Origin: Botryllus schlosseri
Lineage: Eukaryota
NCBI GenBank assembly: GCA_051294905.1
Contig: CM119384.1
Location: 1,860,001 to 1,924,000, forward strand
Direction of reading: 5' to 3'
Length of the DNA: 64,000 nucleotides
The notes beneath the pieces are model-generated. The model ran no database searches. It worked only from the letters and a program-made list of their open reading frames with translations, and was not told the DNA's origin. How positions within the stretch are numbered: the first letter of the stretch is position 1; each line of letters opens with the position of its first letter. Positions 12,292-24,200 of the stretch are shown in pieces. The position numbers were made by a program, and so were the translations under genes.

Positions 12292-15200
12292 TCATGAATA
12301 TTTGTACGACGAGCCGAGTATGTTTTGGGAAGAAAAAGCTCGCGAAAAAGCCGGTCTCTCGCGTTCGTCGCCTAACGTCGAGTCAGACGAGTCGGAGTCT
12401 TCAGAATGGAACGCGTTTTTCATTCGCAAATCCAAATCGGACGTAGCTCCGTCAGGCTGCAAGAAATTCATAAAATTTTCAATTAGAGAAAACCTCCAGA
12501 CTCTTGTTGCAAATACATCTACTGGCATGACGCCATACGGGGGGGGGGGGGGTAACTGGTTATTTTTGAAAATTGCAACGATTTGTATGGTCATTAGTAT
12601 TTTGCAATAGTCGCAAAGATACATGATGCAATTTAGATAGCACCCTTTAGATTACCTGCTAAAAGTAGGTGGACTTTCGACCAAGTCTACTTTTTCCAAA
12701 CAACTTTGAGAGTTTATGACTGCCAACGCCCGTTATACCAAGTCACATCGCAAGTCATTTCGAATAAATTTTGACTCAAGTCAAGTCATTAAAAATCACG
12801 CCTGGAGTCAAAGCATTAACTGAGCCGTCACAACACTTAGTGTTAGTGCTTCTAATTTCGAATTGCAATTTACCTCCGACAGAATTTCAGTGCTCGTTCC
12901 TCCAGCGGTCATCGTTTCAGGCGAGGATTCGTAGCCCATTTCAAAGTCGATCTCCGACAGCTCTGAAACGAAACAGGGCAAGAAATTCAACAAGAAATCG
13001 GATGATACAGTCACAAATCACATATCCGCGAAATACTACATAGCAGGGGTGGGCTTCACGCGGCTCTGAGCCTTTAATTGTGGCTCTTTATTGATTGTAC
13101 ATGCGTTTCGCGATTTTGCTAGAGAGATAGACCCTGATTATGAAGCGATGCAATCTATCGCGTATTAACGATATGCGTATTGTTTTCCTGTTGTTTATTT
13201 CCTAATGGTTTACGTAGCACTTGTACAATTCAGGGAAAGGTGGCACTACAGGGTTAGAACTTTGCAATCGAACTCTCAAATCAAGTTCACACATACGTTT
13301 CACCCGCCACAATGGTGCATGGTTATCAATCAATCATAAATCATTGTGTGCAACGATGAACTTCATAATTAATCATGCCAACGCAGGTTGCCATTATTTC
13401 CAGGCTAACAATGGTGAATATGTCTATCCCATTTGCATTGTAAAAGCTAGCAATAACTGCACAGTTTGTCCAAGGAAATATCGTGGAGCGATAATTGCAA
13501 GAAAAGAAAGTATGAATAGCAATATAGAATGGGAGGAAGAGTTTGCATTCACTCAGTGATAATGGAGCCGCTGTGTCTTATCTGCCAAGATTTGCTCAAT
13601 AATATTTACAAAGCTTGATACATCATTACGAAACCAAACACTAAAACTGTATTCGATAGTCTACATTTAATTGTGATTGTGACAGAATATATTGGTATTT
13701 TTGAATTTTTGTGTCGTGGCCCTTTTAAAACTACAATTTTCGACATGCGGCTAGCACAATAAGCAGTTCAGCCCATTCCCATTATATTATAGCCTTTTAA
13801 ACTTCAATTAAAACTTTAATTAAAATCAATTTATTCATACATTTATCCAGGGCTGTAACCAAGTCACACGGTTCCGAGTCACAATTCAATCTCACTTTCG
13901 CAGTTTTAGCCCGAGACAAATCGAGTCATTTTCAATTCACCACCGAGTCAAGTTCGAGAACAAGCCAGTGAGTAGAGGGTCGAGTCCAAGTTATTCTGTC
14001 CACTATTCAGTTTTTAGTTCAATTCGGTTCAACCCACTTTTTTCAACTCTGCTCGAGTGATATAGAATGGCTCGCATTCATAATATCATAGTTTTCCTCA
14101 GTCTTAACAGTTTTTGGTCCTATTTTCCAAGTATCAGGACTTATAGATGAAATACCAATCATGTAATGACTTTACTATTCTTCGAAGTTATAGGGAAATG
14201 TCTGTCTTGGCAGTCTTAGTCTCGAGTTGTATGAACCAATGGCGATTCGCGAGCGATCTTATACTACTACATGTCAAAATGATGCTTCAAAAGATACAAT
14301 TTTCGCACTTCAGCTGCAGACTCATTAACCCTCTCGCTACTGCAGCTTACAACCTCTACTAATCGCCTATCGCTACCCTGAATCGTGGCTTTCTGGCAGA
14401 TATATTAACCTTATGTTATAAGGCAGTGGTTCCCAACCTTTTTCGACTCATCGCCCCCTTTTCAAACACCACACCGATAATCGCCCCCCAAATATTGGGA
14501 ACCGAAAAATGGGCTTACAGACTGAAATCACCGGCGAGTTGACGAAGAAAATAGGTCAACTTTTCGGCTCGACCTCGAAATTACACTTTTCCAGCTAAAT
14601 TTTGGTATTTTGGTGAGTTGACTAAATTTTGGTATTTTGGTGAGTTGACTAACAAAAAAGGTGATTTCTTCGACTTGATTCCAAAAGGACCGTAACAGCA
14701 CTTCGGCACCCCCCCCCCAATACGTTGGTCTTGACCCCCTCCTCCATGGGGTGATAAAACCAGCTTCTGCACCCCTTAGACTCAACTCCCACGATACCTC
14801 TTTACCGCTACCTCTCAGCACAAATTGTTGGACTCTTTAGTTAGTGGCCCTAATTCGCGTGAAGCGCGAAAAATTTCTATCATTCATGATTGAATCGGTC
14901 AATATGATCGGGAATTGCATATATATTGCTGTCAATTTTTATCCTCCCTCTGCTCATATGTATTCAGATTAACCGGTAAGGCTGAGTGAGGTGTCTTGGA
15001 AAATGTAGGGCCCGTAAATAATAATTGAACATACTCAGGCGGACCCGTGGGTATAATGACTTTGTTACGTAATGACATTTCGTGGCCTGTCTGCTCTGTC
15101 AAAAGATATTCAAATCGTCCATACCTACTAAACTAAAAGACGCACACGATTTCAAATTGGTATTTCTGCACTGGCAATGAATTTTTCTCTGCGAGATGGA

Positions 15201-18200
15201 ATTTTTTGTGGGGTTCTGATTGCTAGGACAGTAACATTTGGCGCCAGCCATTTAGGCGCCTATGGACAATTAAATAAATATGTACATCGTATATATATCG
15301 AAGTCGGTCAGCATAAAGGCAGTCCTTTTCCGCAAAGGTTTTCTCGTTCTGGCACACTTCTCGGTGTCGCATGTTACATTGCCTGAAATTTCATATGTCT
15401 TGGTGCGTCATGGTGTGATATTGGCTGACGCCGAGATGCCCATTTCTAAACTCATGCGTATTATTTCTTGGAGGAATGGTATCCCATAAGCAAGAAATAT
15501 GAGACCACGAAATTTTTTTGAAAAAGTTGCCCAAATTTCCTTAATAATACTCTATAATTAATGTTAATTCACGAAAAAACTGTGGTCCCCCTTCGAGCTC
15601 TGGCCGCCGTCCCAATTGGGGGTTTGGGTGTGGCAGTTACGGTCATGGATGCCAATAGAGCCATTTCAACGTGCCGTCGCCCCCTATCGCCCCCTTCGTC
15701 CATTTTCGCCCCCTTGGCTATTTTCGCCCCCCTGGACCGACAAATCGCCCCCTGGGGGGCGATATCGCCCACGTTGGGAACCACTGTTATAAGGCATCAC
15801 AAATTGTTCATATGTTTTCATCATCGTGTTGGTTATAATAAATTCCACCACGAGCATACATTCAGAGATCATTTTGCAATTTTTGATCCATCGTTACCAC
15901 ATCTCCCCTACGTAATCATAATAAAGAATATCGTCCTGGTGTAAAATGACCAATGTTGTCGCAACACTATGAATATAAAACAAACAAACCAAAGGACTGG
16001 TTAATGGAGTGAATTAATTATTGCATATACAATAGCCTAATGTTATGCATGGAAAGTTGAGAAAAGATGCCCTATTGATACGAATAGTTGTTGCCCGTTT
16101 TGCGATGGTCGTGGAAAATTCCATGACCCCAAAACCCTACAGTTTGTTCGAAAGTCAACGTTTCCTTGTTTGCGTCAAACCATCAGGTTTGATGGCCCAC
16201 TATAGGTGAGCTTCCTGATAATAGCGATTCTACGTACTTCATAAACGATAGCGATAGCCTGCCTTCCTCGAAATCACGAAATCATAGTCGGCGCTGAAAC
16301 AACACATCGTGTCGTCATTGCACAGTTGCACACGTTTTGCAATTGATTGAATGTTGATTGCGTATCTAAAAATGTGGCTTAGTTGAAGTTTGGTCGCATT
16401 ATATTGCATACCTACCCACCCTATCTATCTATAAAACTCAGTTCCTTATCTGTCAGTCAGTAAAATCAGTTCCTCTGTGTCTTATCTGTCAAGATTTGCT
16501 CAATAATAATTACAAAGCTAGTAACTTGATACATCATCACGAAACCAAACACTAAAACTGTATTTGATAGTCTTCATTTAATTGTGATTGTGACAGAATA
16601 CATTTGTATTTTTGAATTTTTGTGTCGTGGCTCTTTTAAAACTATAATTTTTGACATGCGGCTTGCACAATAAGCAGTTCAGCCCACTCCTATTACATTA
16701 TAGCTTTTTTACCTTCACTTAAAACTTTAATAAAAATCAATTTATTTATACATTGATCCAGGGTTGTAACCAAGTCACATGGTTCCGAGTCACAAGTCAA
16801 TCTCACTTTTTAAGTTCTAACTCGATTCAAGTCGAGTCATTTTGAATTCACCACCGAGTCAAGTTCGAGTACAGGGTCGAGTTCACTATTCAGTTTTTAG
16901 TTCGATCCGGTTCAACCCACTTTTTTCAACTCTGCTCGAGTGATATAGAATGGCTTGCATTCATAATACCATAATTTTCCTCAGTCCAAACAGTTTCTGG
17001 TCCTATTTTCCACAGGGTTGTAATCAAGTCACAAGGCTCCGAGTCACAAGTCTATCTCACTTTTATAGTTTCGACTCGAGTCAAGTCTAGTCATTTCAAT
17101 TCACCACCGAGTCAAGTCCGAGTCCAAGTCAGCGAGCAGAAGGTCGAGTCCGAGTCATTGTATAGACCGCTCAGTTTCCAGTAAAAGTGTTGGTATATCC
17201 ACTTTTTATAACTCTGTTTGGTGATATCGAATGTTTCGCCTTTATAATACACCAATTTTCCTCACTTTTAGCAGTTTCTGGTCGCATATTCAAGTACCAG
17301 TACCAACAGACGAAATCCCAATGGTGTGTTGGCTTCGGAATTACAATGAAATATCGGTCTTGGCCGTCTTAGTCTCGAGTCATATGACTTGGTTCGCGTT
17401 ATGTACAATGACTCGAGTACAAGTCAAATAATTTTACAGATTTAAAAAAAAATAACTCGAGTCAAGTCGAGTCACCAAAACAGCTTTTTCTGGCGAATTT
17501 TTGAAATGGCGTACCTCTCGTTAGCAGGAAAACTTCTTCGGGATTCTTTTTCCGCAAAATTTCAGACAAATCCGTGAACGATAAATTGGCTTTCAGCTGA
17601 AGGTCCAATGAAAGGGAGGAGATTACCGGCGGCACACATCGAGGCATATTCCATAAAACTCACATTTCCTACGGAAAGTTTCTTGCGTATGGCAGTGAGT
17701 TCGTCTGTCTGCGCTGACATGCGTCTCTGCTCGGTGCCGACTTGGAAAAGGTTCTGCCAGAATTGCTTAGCCCACTCTTCCGTGCAAACGCTCTTGCCGA
17801 AATCGTAGCCGACGTCGAGAATTTCAGGCCATCTGCAACCACGGCAGGTCGATGGTCAGTGACAAAGTAATTCTAACTACTCATCAAAATATTATCTTGT
17901 TCTGCTTGATCAGTTTTAGGCAAATCCAAGGCTGTAATGACTTAAGTCACAATTTTTATTCGACTCAAATTGACTTGAGTAAATTTGAGTATTGACTCGA
18001 CTTGAACTCGAGTCATTGCACATGATTCGATCAAGTCAAATGATTCTATATCACTTGTTCAAGTCTCATATATCAAGACCAATAATTAAGAAGTAGACCC
18101 AGAAACTGTCTTTTATCTGTTCCAATAAACATGTTTACAGTGAGAAAAATGTGTATATTATGAAGCCGAGGCCTTCGATATCACCCTAGAGTTTCATACA

Positions 18201-21200
18201 AGTGAGTTAAACCTGACTTAAGCTTGATACTGAGCAGTAAACACCATGACTCGGAATCGGGCTCGAGTCTTAACATGGACTTGACTTGGTAGTGAATTGA
18301 AAATGACTCGACTTGACTCGAGTTAAAACGATAAATGTCAAATTGACATGTGACTCGGAACCCTGTGACTTGGTTACAACCCTGGGCAAAACTACTTTGC
18401 GCATAATGGATTTTGAAAAGTAGAAAGCAGTTTTACGATACCTCTGCATCAATTTATGAGTGACGCAGTCGGAAGAACCGTGTGAAATAGCTCCTATATC
18501 ACGATAATTAACTCTATTTTCAAAGAACAATTTTCTACGGCATATTATAAGCAATAAATCAATAACAATCATTTTACTTTCCAAAGTCCATGGTCCTGTA
18601 CTGCATGATAGGCGGGCGCAGATACGTGCAGTAGTCGCTTGAAACGACAAGGTCCAGAAGGTAATGGCAGGAAATGTAGGAAAGTCTCGATTGAATTTCG
18701 TTCATGTCGGGCACCTGTGTGGAAAAAAGTTGATCCCGTCAAGAATAATCTATTGTGAAGATTTAATTTTATATATATCATCAATAGAGTATAGTGATAG
18801 GAGTACTTGTTTCTGAATTGTGTATTAGGCTTTGAGTCAAATATTATAGCCAGGGTTGTAATGACTCGAGTCGCAATTTTTTGGTGACTCGAATTGACTC
18901 GAGTCATTTTTACGAATGCGTAAAATGACTCGACCCGAGTCAATTTTTGTATTGACTCGACTTGCACTCAAACCAAGTCATACGACTCGAAACTGGGACG
19001 GCCATGACATACATTTCATTGTATCTTCGAAGAATGAGCAAGTCACAACATGATTGGTATTTCGTCTATCAGTCCTGATACTTGGAAAATGGGGCCGAAA
19101 ACTGTTAGGACTGAGGAAAATTAATATATTACAAACTGCGAGATATTCTATATTACTCGATAGAGTTGAAAAATTGGGTTGAAGCGGATTGAACTCAAAA
19201 CTGAGCAGTCAACACAATGACTTGGACTCGACTATATACTCCCTGACTTGGACTCGAACTTGAATCGGTGGTGAACTGAAAATGACTCGACTTGACTCGA
19301 GTCAAAACTATAAAAGTGAGATAAACTTGTGACTTGGTTACAACCCTGCTTTGTACTACATGTTTCGTATGCTGCGATACGACCAATCAAAGTTCTAAGC
19401 CTTTCACAGTTGAATATAGCATTGAATCTATAAATCTCGTTGATAAATGAACTCTTAGTGACAACAATTTCAGTACTCACACAACCCTACACAAATCATT
19501 GGAATTAATACTCGACTTATATAGTAGTTCTCAAATCATCGCACCCAGCCCTGTTGAGCAATCACTCAACAAATCGACATATTACATACCTTGATGTGGC
19601 CGGTCCATCTGCCAGTCCATCGTTTCCACAGCAGCCACCATCCAGACAACTGGTCACCGTAGTTTGTGAAATCAGATTCAGAAGCCGCGCCCACATCAAC
19701 AGCAATCACACGACAGGCACCTCTAGACCTGGCCACGTCACCTGTACAGCACAGCACAGCACAGTTATCGATTGAACAGATACAACATTGGTTTGTATTC
19801 AATTTAATATCATCTTCAGAAAATTCCTAGTATATTTATGAAACTCCTCACTGGAGTAATTCTTGGGCCATTCGTTTTATAATTTCACTCAAAGCAGCTT
19901 TGACAAGTCTTTGAAGCCGCTACATTCACTTTTTTACATCATTGTATAATTCATATTTTGTAAACACGAAACTATCAGCTATATATAAATGATTTCAATT
20001 CTGCATAGATGTCTCGCTACTGCCTAAAACATACAATCCAAAGCAAGACAAATTGATTCACGGCTCATCTCATCCCACCTGGCAAATTATTAACATATCC
20101 TCCGTCCATCAGTAGATGGCCATCTTTAGGGTCACAAATTGGGGGGAGGTACCCAGACAAGGACATGCTTGAACGTACATACCGCCACAGAGAACCTACA
20201 AATATATCGAAAAAAAGTTAACCCTACCAAGTCCAGAATCATACCATTTCCACAGAGATATCAAATAATTTCTTTACAATGACAAAAATTGGTGTCAGCA
20301 AAGCTTTATCCTACTGAGATTTATGAATCATTTGGTAGCATGCTGCATGGAATTATTGGTATAAAAAGAAGATCATTACCTCAGCGCTACAAACACTGAA
20401 ACACATTACAAGAAAGATGTTCAATGTACATGCACATTAGTTAGATATATTTCACCTGATGACACCTTTCTGTCCTTTTTACGAACTCTAGTAATGAAAA
20501 TAAACGATAAAATCTAGTGATTTGGGTTCGCGAATGAACGAAACGTGTGGATATTGAAGACTGCATATCTGCATCAAAGAAACCAAGGCATTCAAAAATA
20601 ATTGAACACTGATATTAATAGAATATTTATGAAACAATTAACAAGCTATAACTAAAAGAGAATTTCTACCATTGTGGAATATTGGTTGCAGCTCCCAGAT
20701 CATAGGCCTAGTATATTGGACAGCATTTGAATTACACTCCATAATAGGTTATTGATCTCGGTTTTAAACAAGTAAGTTTCTGATTATGAGCTTACAAAGG
20801 AAATCTAACCTCTGTTTAAACCCAGCGTGCACAGCGCTGTTTGATTGCGATAATCTACAAACAGCAAGCAGCCATGCAATGAAAGAAAGTTCGCAGACAC
20901 TATCCAGGCATATGCAAAAGGAATATCTTCTATCCCAGAACCACAATTATATATCACCATGACAAGTATGTGAAAACAGTAGAGCAAGAACTTGCTGTCA
21001 ATGCAAAACATCACAGAAACAAAACTGTGGTCTGATAGAAATTTGGAACCTTAACATAATTTAATCATTCAATCAACCACAAGTGATTCAAGTGGTTTCA
21101 ATTTTCAGTTTCACAGTAGATATGGGGATTTTCATACGAAAATAAAAAATAGCCTACAAACTAATCTACTATGTAGTTATTTTTACAGCAGCAACATTGA

Positions 21201-24200
21201 TAGAAGTCCATTTTGAATCGGTGGCAAGAAACTGATTCTGTTATTTTTGAGTAAATAACACAATAACAGCCAATTTCACGCTCCTTGAAGTGGCACACTG
21301 CTGATCAAGATTAAGCAATTACCTGATTACTACATGCTTGCTCATAGATCATGGATATTTATGGGATCAACTTTCCAGTTTTACAGAGAGGTCAACCCAG
21401 GATCACGCGATTACACCCACTTGACAAAATTGACATTTACTGCACTGCTTGAAAAGCTATTATTAAAATCTTGAAAATACAAGAGTATAGTCCAAATAGC
21501 AATGTTACAAACGTCAGCATGCAAGAATTTTAGTCATTCCACAAAAAATGATCAGTGATTACCACGCTACGTCACCAGATTTTGGTACATTCAGTCTTAG
21601 TCTAATGTGATTAGCTGCAATACAAGCAGATGGAGCAGAACCAAAGACATTACATGCACAATGGCAAAAAGCAGGTTTGATGTGGTTTGATACTAAAGGT
21701 CTAATTACTACTGTAATTTCTAGGGCCTTTTTCATCATTTAAATCTGCATCTTACGGATAAATTTAGGAGAATAAAGCTTGTTAATAACATATTAAATTC
21801 GCGGATTGTATATACGTACTCCCTCATAGTATTGATATTTTATTTCAATATGGATATATTATTCAATGGTACATAAAAGATGATCTGGCAAGAAATAGAA
21901 AAACTAAAAACCAAGAGTATTGTTAAGGAAACCCTTTTCCCCTGATTGATATAGAGTAGCCGGAATCAATTTGTCTTGCTTTTTTTTTGTTCAAAATTGG
22001 CCTGAAATGCACCTGGCACATTGTTGACATAGCATCCGTCGATAAGATGGTGTCCATCTCTCGGGTCACACAAGGGCGGTAGATATGGCGTGAAGCTCAT
22101 ACTCGCCCTGACATATTTCCAAAGGTATCCTGCACATTACAAACGCAGCGTACAGCGCCTAGCGCATGTGACAAACGATAAGAAACATGCATGGAACACA
22201 AGGCAGAAAATAAGAATACGAAAAATGTGACTAAAAAGCAGATTGATAAATTTTCCAAAATTTCCACATCTCTTGTACTGTTATGATATCATAACAAGTG
22301 ACACTGGAATACTTGATTCAAAATCGAATTAATCAGGTTTTTGGTCCAGCCCGAGTCGCGATGTGAAGTTATTGTCGCTACAATTGTGTTTTGTTTGCAT
22401 GCGGACAGAATTACCAAAATCACAAATACATCAGTTGGATTTATTTCTTACAATTATTACCATGAATAAAACTCGGACTGTAAGCTCCTACTACTAAAGT
22501 GATTAGAGTTGTCATTTAGGAGAGAAATCAAAAAATTGCTGAAAAGTACGAAGAAATGTGCAACGCATGCAATACTCGTTCACTACGTCGCTTACCGTCT
22601 GTGTGAACTCTCATTCTGGAGCTGGTTATGTCGGTTGTGATTGCGTAATACGGAATCCACAAATCCTAAATGGAAGTTAACGTTGTAAACAGTAAATTGG
22701 CATATAATATTGTAGCTGATATATATAAAATAAAAATCTCGGGCCACTTTTCAAATTTCTTTGAGGTCGCGGGCCGCACGAATTCAATACCGAGATAAAA
22801 TAGGCGACGCAGTCTAACATGGGTGACATGCATAGTTACCACAAAAAAATATTATTGTATTAAAAAATACAAATACAGCAAAAAATATCATGATTCCAGA
22901 GTCAGAACTACTCACTTTTCAAATCTTGCAACTAGAACTAGAACTACTTATTTTTCATGCTCTCAACTACAACTAGAACTAGAACTATTCACTTTTCAAA
23001 ATTCGCAACTAGAACTAGAGCAGATAAATAAAGTAGTTGGTTGAACATCAACTAAAGTCTGCAGTAGAAACAAGTTTCAAATTGAGAAAAAAAACTGGTC
23101 GAAAGACAAAATCATGTCCAGAAACACTAAATTTATAAATTCACCTCAATTTGAACTTCTTGAAACACGGCGTGTATGCCCTTATTAAAAGAGGCTCCGC
23201 TAAACATCGACGTGATGGGGTACGTCAGATCAAACAGTTTCGGGGTGATCGCCCCGAGTTCGGACGAGATGTATGCCGCCTGGTTTCGGACGATGGTCAG
23301 ATCCCGCGAGCTGGCCCAAGCCCCACCCACAAAAGCCCCGATGGATGTCCCACCAATCAAATCGATCGGAATGCCTTTAAAAAGGGTGTAATGCAAGAGT
23401 TACAGTATATTTAGAATCCCAACGATACCATACTTAGGTGCTATTAATGTAAAGTAGAAGTAAGTCAGTAAATTAATACTCGAATACAAGTTGTGTAGCA
23501 ATCTCCAAAACAGTATTTTAAAATTAAAAAAAAAGTATATTATATTCAAAATTTTCGAACTCCTGTACGTTCACATCTACCAGTTGGAATCGAGCCAAAT
23601 TTGGTGCGTAGTGTTTTTTTAGGCAACCTAACAATTTAATCATGAAATCCTTGGAATCCGGAAAAAAAGTTATTTTTGAACAACCCTATCGTACCTGCTT
23701 CTAGCAACGCTCTGATAACGCCAATTTGAGAGATCCCGCGTGCACCACCGCCACCTAGAACCAACGCAATCGATTTTCCTGTCAGAAACCTGGCGAGACG
23801 AGAAAAGTCGCTGAACGCGTCCACTTCGCGCCGGCTCAATTTTTCACGATATTCGTTCTGAAAAGAAATCGGTCTTTCATTTATTTATTTAGTATATATT
23901 TTTATTGATTCGAAATCGCACAAGATTGCAACACACTACAATTCCAAAACATAACGGAATAGTATGTTCATATTGAAATAATCCCGAATATTTTCGGCTG
24001 ACATTCGTCAGGGGTAATCGTCAGCAATTTGTAGAGAATTGGAAAGAACATCATATATCAACAATCGTATCACAAAATATGATGTCACCGGCATGAAATT
24101 TTGCTTGTTTATTTGTTGTTTCCAATTCTCTACTAGTTAGCTCACGACTACCCCTGACGAGTGTAAGCCAAAAATATTCGAGATTATTTCAATATGAACA

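Noticed and set aside
15283-15490. Exon-like stretch as an extra NTE exon
   Set aside because: It lies inside the hAT element 14424-15786, and the gene closes in phase without it.
22013-22129. Reading DGC as a degenerate catalytic motif of a single-copy exon
   Set aside because: A canonical DGG exon is present at 20079-20195, so the gene is not simply a variant or inactive enzyme.
20823-22158. Similar motifs CAGCGT(GC)ACAGCGC at 20823 and 22146 as competing selector sequences
   Set aside because: They are direct repeats, and I found no complementary docking site in the flanking introns by eye. RNA folding and conservation analysis would be needed.
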